From assembly GCA_965226215.1 (NCBI GenBank), contig CBDDCH010000002.1:1342282-1406281 (forward strand): a stretch of DNA of 64,000 bases, written 5' to 3'. The stretch comes from Bryobacterales bacterium (GTDB taxonomy: Bacteria; Acidobacteriota; Terriglobia; Bryobacterales; UBA6623). The notes under the pieces are model-generated. The model made no database searches and was not told where the DNA came from. It was given only the letters and a program-made list of their open reading frames with translations. Both the position numbers and the translations under genes were made by a program. Below, piece after piece: positions 44,325 to 53,366 of this stretch; position 1 is the stretch's first letter; each line of letters starts with the position of its first letter.

Positions 44325-45985
44325 CCAGGATTTCCGATTTGGCTCCTCTGACGGCACGAGTCTACACCCTCACCCGGCGAAGCGCAACCATTTCTCCACC
44401 CGAAAGAGGCGGCGGCTGAGGCGGGACCGATCGAGCCCCCTTCTTGCCCCTCATGGGGGCTGATCCGCCGCTGCGAAGTCAATTTCGCAGACACCCTTCC
44501 GAGCTTCCGTCCTCAGTACTCAGGTTTCGCATTCGGCAAGTCGCGTGCTACCCGCCCGGCACAGGCAGCGCCCAGATCCTCCGCAGCATGTCGCCAAACA
44601 GGCGCCGGTTCAGATGTCCCTCCGCGAACAAGAGCCAGTAATACCGCGCGTGTTTAATTAGCCGTCCGCCCGTCTTCATCAGCCGGTGCTGCAAGCTCGT
44701 CAGCGACCAGCTCTTGATCCGTTGCGGCAGCCCCAGCCGCCGCCACAAGTTGCCCAGGTTATAGGCCAGCACGCTGAGCTGCAAGCGCACCTCGTTCGCC
44801 CGGAAGCGATGGCACGACAGCCGCGTCCAGTGCGTCGCTTGCTTACCTTCTTTGATCCACTGCTCCGCCGTGCCGCGCTTGTTGTAGAAACGCACCACCG
44901 ACCGGCTTGGCAAGTTCATGTTCGTCACGATAAAACCGACGCGCGCGAATAGCTCGCCCTGGTGGTGCTCGACCTTGGCGACAACTCGTCTGGGCCCCTT
45001 CCAGCTCTCCGCCTGATAGCGAAAGCTCTTGTAGCGCACTAGCGGCTTGCGGCCGGGCCTCCCCGGCGGACGAAACAGGATGTCTTCGATCTCCAGCTCC
45101 AGGCTCTTATTGGCCGGAATGCGGATCGCGTAGTCCGCGCCGCGCTCCTCCAGTGCTTCGTAGATCTCGGGCTTGGCGAAGGCGGCATCGGCGCGAAAGG
45201 TGACCTGTTTGCCTTCGGCCAGTTGGCGCTCGATCTCCGGCAACAATAGCTCATCCCAGTCCTCGGCGCTGTGCACGTTGCCGGGACGCAGCTTGGCAGC
45301 GAGGCAATCACCATGACCGTTGAACAAAAGCAACGGGTGGTAGCAGACCGACTCGAAGTGTCCGTTGTAGGCACTGCCTTCCTGTTGGCCATGGACCGGA
45401 CTCTCGGTGGAGTCCATGTCCAGAACGACCCGCTCGGAGTCGTCGAACGCCTCCGCTTGCCCGACCAGCTCTCGGTTCAGCGCCATCAGCCCCAGCAGGT
45501 TCTCTTCGCTCGCCAGCATCTCCGTCTCGAAGCCGTGCAGCGTCGAGGTCAAGGCCGCACCGCGATCCCAGATCTTCTGCGAGCCGATCAAGCGAAACGT
45601 CGGGTCAGCCGACACTCGGACGGCGTCGTTGACGTCCTCGTAGCCTGCCAAGCGGCTGTAGACCGACTGCCGCAACAGATCAGCGAACGTGAACTGCTTG
45701 TTTGTGCCTTGCCGGGAGTCGGTGAGATGCTCGCCGATCAGTTTCCCGAGTCCGAGTCGCTCGTCCAACTCCCGAACCAGGATCAAGCCACCGTCGGAAG
45801 TGACGTGCGATCCCTGGAAATCGACTTTCAACGAGCCGTTGAAACTTAGCTGGAATGGCTTGGTTTGTTTTTCACCCATTGGGTGTTGGCCTCCATGGCG
45901 TCCTCATCGGGCTCTAGCCCCTATGAATAAAGACGCTCAAGGCCGCCGGAAGGTCGAGAGGTCTGAATCAAATTGGAAATGCGGG
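44325..45985 (-). mobile_element. IS1380-family insertion sequence, copy B (1661 bp) with 5-bp TSD CTCAA
   Basis: Same ends as copy A. CTCAA occurs at 44320-44324 and 45986-45990. Confidence 0.85.
44548..45879 (-). CDS. IS1380-family transposase
   Basis: 443 aa, 2 aa different from 42504-43835. Confidence 0.8.
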   Translation of the reverse strand: MGEKQTKPFQLSFNGSLKVDFQGSHVTSDGGLILVRELDERLGLGKLIGEHLTDSRQGTNKQFTFADLLRQSVYSRLAGYEDVNDAVRVSADPTFRLIGSQKIWDRGAALTSTLHGFETEMLASEENLLGLMALNRELVGQAEAFDDSERVVLDMDSTESPVHGQQEGSAYNGHFESVCYHPLLLFNGHGDCLAAKLRPGNVHSAEDWDELLLPEIERQLAEGKQVTFRADAAFAKPEIYEALEERGADYAIRIPANKSLELEIEDILFRPPGRPGRKPLVRYKSFRYQAESWKGPRRVVAKVEHHQGELFARVGFIVTNMNLPSRSVVRFYNKRGTAEQWIKEGKQATHWTRLSCHRFRANEVRLQLSVLAYNLGNLWRRLGLPQRIKSWSLTSLQHRLMKTGGRLIKHARYYWLLFAEGHLNRRLFGDMLRRIWALPVPGG

Positions 45986-46289
45986 CTCAAACGGAGGAGG
46001 ACTCACCCCAGAAGTCGAGGTCTTCTCGCCTCAACTGAATCTCATGGCAGAATTTGAACTGGGAACAGGGTCAGTGTCTGCCATGGCCGCTGCTGACAAC
46101 GGCAAAGTCTTATTCGTATTTGGAGCAAGTGTGCAGAGGCCCCTGGCAGTAATTGAAAACATGGGAGTCAGGTGGCTGCAAGGCGACCGGGTTGACAAGC
46201 CAAACTCTATGAGAAGTCCAAACGGCAAGGATATCTACATGTCCTCCTGGTGGGGTCCCGGAATAGATCGTTGGGACTCAATTACAGAA

Positions 46290-47588
46290 GGCTCTTCCGG
46301 GTTTTAAGTGGGCGAAGGAGCCAGATCGAGTTTCCCACAGTGGAAGTAGATGGCGTTGATGAAGTTCTGTTGATTGCGGAAACCGCGCGCCGTGGCCTTG
46401 ACCCATTGAATCCTTGAGTTCAACCCCTCGCTGACCGCGTTCGTAATGCGGTGTTTCAGATACGCGAGTATGTTTTCGAGGCGAGCCGTCAACATCCGCG
46501 CTACGGTGACCATCGGCGTCAGCCGGCTGCGACTCGCCCAGCCGCGCCATTGCTCGAAGAAAGCTCGCGCCGCCGATTCGCGACGATAGTCGAACAGCCG
46601 CATCGCCGTTTCCTTCAACGCCCACGCCCGCGCCGTCTTCAAGTCGCTTTCGCGCAGCGCGCGGAACTCGCGCCAGGCGTCCTCGGAAAAGTTCGCCGGA
46701 TGCCGCAGCCAAGCGTACTTCGTGCCTGTCAAACGCTCGTCGCCGAGGGCCAGTAAACGCTTGTTCTCCGCCCGCCGCACCTGGTCCACCGCCTTCGCCA
46801 GATGCGCCGCGATGTGATATTTGTCGTAAACGATCTTTTTCTCCGATTCGTCGAGATGCTCCCGGGTCGAGGCGACGTAAGGATCCCACATGTCCATCGC
46901 GACGGCCTCGACTCGGGCGAGTTGCTCTGCGCTCAACGTCTTCCAAAAGCCGTCCAGGCTGGCCTGGCGGCGTCCCTCGGCGACGAACAACACGCGCGAG
47001 CGGTTGAGATCGTTGACGACGGTGAGATAGCGATGGCGCTTGCGGAAGCTCTTCTCGTCGACGCCCAGGTAGGGAATCGGCTCTGCCGCGCGACGTTCGA
47101 GCCCACGTTGCACGGCGCGTTCCAGGATGCCGTGAATCTCGTCCCAGCTCAGCGCCAGCAACTCGGCGATGCCTTGCTGGCTGGCTTCCTTCAGCCACGA
47201 GATCGCGAGAGCTTCAAACAGCACGGTGAAGCGGCTGGAAGCCTCGGCCCAGGGCAGTCGCACGACGCGCGGCCCGTGCTCGGAGCAGTCGCTGCGCGGC
47301 GGCCGGGCGTGCAGGATCGTGCGGTACTGACAGGTGTCGAGGTGACGCCAGCGGCGTTCGGGCTGATGATCGTGGAGTGCGCACACGGCGCTGCATTGGC
47401 GGCACGGCCAGCGGACTTGCTCGTCGTGTTCGAGGAAGACGTGGACTTCGCCGTCGGCTCGGCGCAGCTCCACTCGCACGACTTTCCAGGGACTTTCGAT
47501 GCCCAGAATCTGGCGGTATAGCTCGCGGTCTTGCATCCCGCGAGACTACCACCGAGCCTCACTCGCCCACTAGAAACCCGGAAGAACC
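46290..47588 (-). mobile_element. ISL3-family insertion sequence, copy 3 (1299 bp) with 8-bp TSD TTACAGAA
   Basis: Ends are GGCTCTTCCGGGTTTTAAGTGGGCGA and (inverse) GGTTCTTCCGGGTTTCTAGTGGGCGA. TTACAGAA occurs at 46282-46289 and 47589-47596. Confidence 0.9.
46304..47536 (-). CDS. ISL3-family transposase (apparently full length)
   Basis: 410 aa. Same protein as 3280-4482 apart from the C-terminal tail (...RGFRNQQNFINAIYFHCGKLDLAPSPT). Confidence 0.85.
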   Translation of the reverse strand: MQDRELYRQILGIESPWKVVRVELRRADGEVHVFLEHDEQVRWPCRQCSAVCALHDHQPERRWRHLDTCQYRTILHARPPRSDCSEHGPRVVRLPWAEASSRFTVLFEALAISWLKEASQQGIAELLALSWDEIHGILERAVQRGLERRAAEPIPYLGVDEKSFRKRHRYLTVVNDLNRSRVLFVAEGRRQASLDGFWKTLSAEQLARVEAVAMDMWDPYVASTREHLDESEKKIVYDKYHIAAHLAKAVDQVRRAENKRLLALGDERLTGTKYAWLRHPANFSEDAWREFRALRESDLKTARAWALKETAMRLFDYRRESAARAFFEQWRGWASRSRLTPMVTVARMLTARLENILAYLKHRITNAVSEGLNSRIQWVKATARGFRNQQNFINAIYFHCGKLDLAPSPT

Positions 47589-47929
47589 TTACAGAAAAAC
47601 TGACCTCTTGGCCAAACTTGCCCGCGCTTGGGTACCTGGGATTCCCTTCTGAAGATGTTAGCCTGGCTTACGGAGTTGATTCTTGCGAAGGTATCTTCGT
47701 GTTGGACCTTACTGTCCCCAACGCCACATTTTTCACACGGACAGCTGTCAAAGGATGCGGAAAAATACACCAACTAATCCGTGGTTTTGCGGCGGTGACG
47801 CTAGCGAACGGTAATCACCTCCTGATGATTCTGAAGGGTGGCCAAGTGGAGTTCCTTGAGGTTGACCCAAACAACTTGCCAGGCTCTACCCCTAATCCAC
47901 CAGGCTCTACCCCCAACCCAAAGTTTTCG

Positions 47930-49343
47930 GAGCTATAACCAGAAGTTGTGGATGAGCCTCTGAGGGGAGGCGGCGTATCCTGACGATTGAGGAAGCAACT
48001 CAATCGTTTTCTGGAAAGGAACAAGGAGGATACGCCATGAGTCAGTGTGAAGCTGCTGAGAGCAGCAGTCAAGTCAACCCCCAAGTCATTGATGGAAAGG
48101 AACGCTCGCCCTTGGATGAGGTGCTGCGCCAAGGAGCGCGCCAGATGCTCGTCAAGGCCGTGGAAGCCGAAGTGACCGCCTACATCGAAACGCATCAGCA
48201 CGAAGTCGACCAGGACGGCCGGCGGCTGGTGGTGCGCAACGGTCACGCCCGCGAGCGCACCATCGTCAGCGGCGTGGGTCAGCTGAAGATCCAGGCGCCG
48301 CGGGTCGACGATCGCCGAGTCGATGAGCAGGGCCGGCGCTTTCGTTTCACTTCCCAGATCCTGCCGCCGTATCTGCGGCGCACGAAGAGTGTGGAGGAGT
48401 TGATCCCCTGGTTGTACCTGAAAGGGATCTCGACGGGCGATTTCAGCGAAGCGCTGGAGGCCTTGCTGGGGCCCGACGCTCCGGGCCTGTCGGCGACGAC
48501 GGTGGTGCGTCTCAAAGACGTCTGGCGCCGCGAGTACGAGGCTTGGTCAAAGCGTGACCTCAGCGGCCAGCGGTTTGTTTACATTTGGGCCGATGGCATC
48601 TACTCGAATGTTCGTCTGGACGATGAACGGCAGTGTTTGCTGGTTGTGATGGGAGCACTCGAAGACGGTCGCAAGCAACTGCTGGCGGTGCACGACGGCT
48701 TTCGCGAAAGCGAACTGTCGTGGCAGGAGTTGCTGGAGGACTTGAAACGGCAGGGGCTCGAGCTGCCGCCGAAGTTGGCGGTGGGCGACGGAGCGATGGG
48801 GTTTTGGGCGGCACTGCGGAAAGTCTATCCGGCGACCGGTGAGCAACGCTGCTGGCTCCACAAGACGGCCAACGTGCTCAATAAGCTGCCGCAGAGCATG
48901 CAGGGCAAAGCCAAGCAGGCGCTGCGCGACATCTATCTTGCCCAGAGTCGGCAGACGGCGGAGGCCGCTCTGGACCGTTTCAAGAACCTATACGAGAAGA
49001 AGTTCCCCAAAGCGGTCGAGTGCCTGGAAAAAGACCGCCAAGTGCTGCTGGCTTTCTACGACTTTCCGGCCGAGCACTGGGGGCACTTGCGGACGACGAA
49101 CCCGATCGAGTCCACCTTTGCGACGGTCCGTTTGCGGCAGCGACGAACGAAGGGTTGTGGCAGCCGCGAAGCGTCGTTAACGATGGTCTTCATGCTGGCC
49201 CGCCAAGCCGAGCGCCACTGGCGACGCCTGAACGGTTCGGAAGTGATTGTTCATGTCTTAGAGGGAAAGGTTTTCAAGGATGGATTGATGGTTCAGGAAA
49301 ACGCCGCCTGACCTCGCCCATCCACAACATTTGACAATATCTC
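47930..49343 (+). mobile_element. IS256-family insertion sequence, copy 2 (1414 bp) with 9-bp TSD AAGTTTTCG
   Basis: Same ends as copy 1. AAGTTTTCG occurs at 47921-47929 and 49344-49352. Confidence 0.9.
48037..49311 (+). CDS. IS256-family transposase
   Basis: 424 aa, 1 aa different from 14268-15542 (Q vs E). Confidence 0.9.
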   Translation: MSQCEAAESSSQVNPQVIDGKERSPLDEVLRQGARQMLVKAVEAEVTAYIETHQHEVDQDGRRLVVRNGHARERTIVSGVGQLKIQAPRVDDRRVDEQGRRFRFTSQILPPYLRRTKSVEELIPWLYLKGISTGDFSEALEALLGPDAPGLSATTVVRLKDVWRREYEAWSKRDLSGQRFVYIWADGIYSNVRLDDERQCLLVVMGALEDGRKQLLAVHDGFRESELSWQELLEDLKRQGLELPPKLAVGDGAMGFWAALRKVYPATGEQRCWLHKTANVLNKLPQSMQGKAKQALRDIYLAQSRQTAEAALDRFKNLYEKKFPKAVECLEKDRQVLLAFYDFPAEHWGHLRTTNPIESTFATVRLRQRRTKGCGSREASLTMVFMLARQAERHWRRLNGSEVIVHVLEGKVFKDGLMVQENAA

Positions 49344-50351
49344 AAGTTTTCGGTAGAAGGTGTAGTCAATGCCGCCAACTTTGAACCTGTGCCTCGGCCT
49401 GATGGTCCTCTGGCTCGCGGAGCGATCATCTCGATCTTTGGTACGAATCTGGCCAAAACTGCTGCTGGCGCTAATGTTCTGCCCTTGCCCACGAACTTAG
49501 GCGGAACCCGGGTGGTGGCAACTGACAACGTTGGGACAGAACACGAATGCCCGCTGTACTATGCGTCTCCGGGTCAACTGAACGTGCTGGTGCCCTATGA
49601 GATCCCCAAAGGGTCCTGGGCCAGACTACAGGTCCGTGTTGGTGACCTGTCAAGCGGTACATTTGGTTTATCGGTGGTTGATCTGGCTCCTGCTTTGTTC
49701 CGCATGCCAGACGGGGAACCTATAGTTACGCACGCCTGCGACGGGGCCTTGGTAACCGCAGCGAACCCGTTGCGGGCGCAACCAGTAGATTCGTGCGGCC
49801 CCCTCTTTACACTCTATGCCACCGGGCTTGGTCCGACTGTCCCGAGTGTCAAAAGCGGCGACCCGGCACCATCAGATCCCCTGGCCTGGACAGTTCCAGA
49901 GACCCGGGTAAAACTGTCGATCTCGGGCCAAACGGCGGAGATACTCTATTCTGGCTTGACCCCTGACCTTGCATCCTTGTACCAGGTCAACGCAGCATTA
50001 CCGCCTGGCTTGAGTTCTGGCCAACACCAAGGGAACTTAGTTGTTGACGACTCCACAGCAGACACTTTTTCGCTCCATGTCGAATAGCCCGGCAGTCCCG
50101 TAGCGCAGCCATCTGAGTTGAGCTGTCAAGAAAAAAGTAGCTGCAGGGTTGAGTTTGTTGCACAGGTAATGCAGTTCGGATTTACAGCCGCTGGCAGCTG
50201 TCGCCCCAGGGGTGGCGAAGAGTCTCGACGCGGCACACTGAGAGCGTGAGCTACCACAGGACTCGATGTCGCCAGGAATGGCGACTCGGCACGCCGGGAA
50301 GCGTGCGCCACAAAAGCAAAAGCCGCGCCGGCGGGGTATTTTTCTGGAACC

Positions 50352-51803
50352 CTACTTGCGCCAGAAAGCCGGGGTGAAGATGACCAGCACGGTGTAGAAT
50401 TCCAGCCGTCCGGCGATCATGCAGCCGGCGAGAACCCATTTCGCCAACAGCGGCAGATGTCCGTAGTTTTCCGCGGGGCCCACCCCGCCCAGACCCGGGC
50501 CGACATTGAACATCGAGGCCGCCACGGCCGCGATCGACGTGAAAACGTCAACACCCATCGCCGCCAGCAATACGCAAGAGACAAAGTTCACGACGAAGGC
50601 GAGATAGATCAGGTTGAGAAGACTCTGAATCGTTGACTCACGAATCACTTGACTACCCAGCCGCACGGCGAACACACCGTGCCGCTCGACCATCCGTTTG
50701 AACTCGCGGTCCACTACGCGCGCCAGCAATAGGATGCGCGAGGTCTTTAGACCTCCGGTGGTGGACCCCGTGCAGCCGCCGATGAACATGAGCGCCAGAA
50801 GCAGCAATTGCGGGAGCGGATGCCAAACTTCGAAATTGTCGGTCACAAGACCCGTCCCCGTTAGAATGGCACTAACCTGAAACCAGGCACGCCGGAAAGC
50901 CAGTGACGGGCTGTAGCCGCTATCGATGACTAGCGTGATGAAGATGACAGCCGTCGCCGCGGCGACCAGCAGAAGGTAATATCGGACCTCGACATCCGAG
51001 AAGAAGCTGCGAGGCCGCCTCTCTACCCACAGCCGGTAATGCTGCACGAAGCTGATCCCGCCCAGTAGCATGAACCCGATGACGATGTACTCGATCAGGG
51101 GACTTTCAAACGCGCCAATGCTGGCCGTGCGGGTAGAAAACCCGCCAGTGGCAACCGAGGAAAACGTGTGACAGATCGCGTCGAAACTATTCATGCCGGC
51201 CGATAGCAGGGCGACAAACTCGGCTACGGTCAAGGCGGCGTAGATCTTCCATAACGACAGGGCCGTTTCGGTAATCCGCGGTTGCAGCTTTTCCGACTTC
51301 GCCCCCGAGAACTCGGCGCGGTAAAGTTGCATGCCGCCGTGACCCACCAACGGTAAAACGGCAATTCCCAACAACACGATGCCCATGCCGCCGAGCCAGT
51401 GGGAGAAGCAGCGCCACAACTGCAAGGGGTTGGGCAAGACCTCGACCTTGTCCAATACCGTGGCGCCGGTCGTTGTAAACCCGGAGGTCGCCTCAAAGAA
51501 GGCGTCCGTGAAGGTCGGGAAGACGGGAGAGAAATAGAAAGGAAGACAGCCGAAAAACGCGACACTCACCCAAACGGCAACGACCATGAGCAGACCTTCG
51601 CGCTGAGTCAAGTCGCGAGCCGGCCGCGACCCCAAGCCCCATAGCAAGCCGCCGCTGACAGCGGTGATCGCAATAGCGGGTCCGAACAATTCGAGATGGG
51701 GATCCCCGACCACCAGGCCGTAGACGACGGGGACGAGCATCGTGCCGGCCAGAGCTAACAGAAACTGCCCCAAGATGTAGGCGATCGCGCGAAAGCGAAT
51801 CAC
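50352..51803 (-). CDS. trkH: Trk-type potassium uptake protein TrkH
   Basis: 483 aa and polytopic, with ...TSGFTTTGATVL..., ...GGFSTR..., ...GCTGSTTGGLK... selectivity-filter-like repeats. It has a 4-nt overlap with trkA. Confidence 0.9.
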   Translation of the reverse strand: MIRFRAIAYILGQFLLALAGTMLVPVVYGLVVGDPHLELFGPAIAITAVSGGLLWGLGSRPARDLTQREGLLMVVAVWVSVAFFGCLPFYFSPVFPTFTDAFFEATSGFTTTGATVLDKVEVLPNPLQLWRCFSHWLGGMGIVLLGIAVLPLVGHGGMQLYRAEFSGAKSEKLQPRITETALSLWKIYAALTVAEFVALLSAGMNSFDAICHTFSSVATGGFSTRTASIGAFESPLIEYIVIGFMLLGGISFVQHYRLWVERRPRSFFSDVEVRYYLLLVAAATAVIFITLVIDSGYSPSLAFRRAWFQVSAILTGTGLVTDNFEVWHPLPQLLLLALMFIGGCTGSTTGGLKTSRILLLARVVDREFKRMVERHGVFAVRLGSQVIRESTIQSLLNLIYLAFVVNFVSCVLLAAMGVDVFTSIAAVAASMFNVGPGLGGVGPAENYGHLPLLAKWVLAGCMIAGRLEFYTVLVIFTPAFWRK

Positions 51804-53176
51804 ACGTATTCCTTCTTGGGCTCGACGAGAAAGGCCGACTCCAGTTTCGGCACGACACTTTCGAGTGTGAAGAAGATAACGCGGTCTCCCGCTTGAATCG
51901 AGGCGTTCCCGCGAGGAACGATGACCTCGCCGCCCGGCCGGGCGATCGCGCCGACGATCGCCTCGCGGGGGAAGCGGAGATCACAGAGTTTCGGGCCCAC
52001 GTATTTCGACCCTTCCGTGGCAATCAACTCGATGGCTTCCGCCTCTTCGACGCCAAAGGTCGTCACCGACAGCACGTGCCCCTTGCGCACAAATTGCAGG
52101 ATGCGATCGACCGTCGCCAACCGAGGGCTGACCGAGGTATTGATGCCCAGCCGCTGCACCATGGGTAAGTAATTCAGGCGGTTGATGAGGGCCACGACCT
52201 TCTTGGCTCCCAGGCGGCGGGCAAGAAGGGAGGCGATGATGTTGTCCTCATCGTCGTTCGTCAGCGCCAGGAAAGCATCGACGCCGTCGACGTTCTCTTC
52301 CTCGAGAGTCGCCTGGTCGGTTCCGTCGCCGTGGACGACGATCGTCTTGCTGAGAATGCTGGAAATCTTCTCGCAACGGCGGATGTCCCGCTCGATCAGC
52401 CTGACGTTGACGCCCTGCTTTTCAAGGGTTTCCGCTACCAAGATGCCGACCTGTTTGCCGCCGATGATCATCACGCGGTCGAAAGATTTCTCAACCGTGA
52501 GACCCATGAATCGCATCACGTCGTGGAGATTCGCGGCGGTGGCCACGATGTAGATATGATCTCCCGGGCGAAGGACTTCCGCCCCGTGGGGAATGATGAC
52601 CTGTTGGCCCCGAAAGATCATGGCGATCAGGGAGTCCCGAGGCGGGCCCGCCCGGTCCAGCTCCTCGAGAGTCTTGTCGACCACCCAGCTATCGGCTTCG
52701 ACGTTCATGCCGAACAGCTTTACCTCGCCGCCGGCGAAGTCAAGGATGTCGGAAACGCCGGGGACGCGCACCACGCGCATGATGCGCTCGGTGATGTCGG
52801 TCTCGGGGTGAATGATGAGGTCGATGTCCAAGCCGGCTTGGGCGGTAACGCGGCGCCAGTGCTCGACTTCGTGCGTGCGCACTCGCGCCACCTTCACCCG
52901 GACGTTCGATTCCGCTTGGGCGATGAGGCAGGCTAGGACGTTGATCTCGTCCGAACTCGTGACGGCAATCAGCATCTCCGCGCTGCCGAGGCCGGCTTCT
53001 CGCAAGGTGAGCACGCCGGCGCCGCTCCCTTGCACCACCTTGGCGTCGAGCGCCTCCTCGAGTTGGCTACAGCGCTCTTCGTCTTTTTCGACGATGACGA
53101 CTTCGTTGCCTTCTCGAGTCAGCCGGCCCGCGATGAGCGCGCCGACTTGGCCTCCGCCGGCGATGAGAATGCGCAT
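51800..53176 (-). CDS. trkA: Trk system NAD-binding regulatory protein TrkA (two RCK units)
   Basis: 458 aa with MRILIAGGGQVGALIAGRL and a second MIIGGKQVGILVAETL Rossmann start. Confidence 0.9.
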   Translation of the reverse strand: MRILIAGGGQVGALIAGRLTREGNEVVIVEKDEERCSQLEEALDAKVVQGSGAGVLTLREAGLGSAEMLIAVTSSDEINVLACLIAQAESNVRVKVARVRTHEVEHWRRVTAQAGLDIDLIIHPETDITERIMRVVRVPGVSDILDFAGGEVKLFGMNVEADSWVVDKTLEELDRAGPPRDSLIAMIFRGQQVIIPHGAEVLRPGDHIYIVATAANLHDVMRFMGLTVEKSFDRVMIIGGKQVGILVAETLEKQGVNVRLIERDIRRCEKISSILSKTIVVHGDGTDQATLEEENVDGVDAFLALTNDDEDNIIASLLARRLGAKKVVALINRLNYLPMVQRLGINTSVSPRLATVDRILQFVRKGHVLSVTTFGVEEAEAIELIATEGSKYVGPKLCDLRFPREAIVGAIARPGGEVIVPRGNASIQAGDRVIFFTLESVVPKLESAFLVEPKKEYV

Positions 53177-53366
53177 CAGATGCGAACCTCGAGTGGGTTC
53201 ATCTTTTGGCTCCGGAAACGGGGAAGAAATCCTCGTCTTTGTTGCGAACGGTGGAAACCTATCGGGGAGTCTTTTTGGCTCGAAGTCACAACCTAACCTG
53301 AGACTAACATAGGCCGCTGAGGAGTTCTCGAACGCGGTGGATACCCTGCCCGGGCCGGCTTTCTAG

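Larger units (their letters stand above)
41212..50087 (+). pseudogene. Secreted repeat (beta-propeller-like, tentative) protein with PGSTPNP linker and Soli_cterm-type C-terminal domain, interrupted by five IS elements
   Basis: Coding segments are 41212-41229, 42271-42280, 43947-44324, 45991-46289, 47597-47929 and 49353-50087. They sum to 1773 nt and join in one frame without stops. The product begins MFTLFTVLLALLFLPGSLVADS (signal-like). It ends with ...GVVNAANFEP...IISIFGTNLA...YSGLTPDLASLYQVNAALP...SLHVE*. Confidence 0.8.

Noticed and set aside
44325-44419. C-terminal tail (..RISDLAPLTARVYTLTRRSATISPPERGGG) of ORF 44012-44419 and the identical tail at 42281-42375
   Set aside because: This is read-through into the IS1380 terminal region, not part of the host protein.
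50315-50345. Intrinsic terminator downstream of trkH (minus strand: CCGCCGGCGCGG followed by CTTTTGCTTTT)
   Set aside because: The stem is only about 4 bp around a palindromic core with a marginal loop. It is too weak to call.
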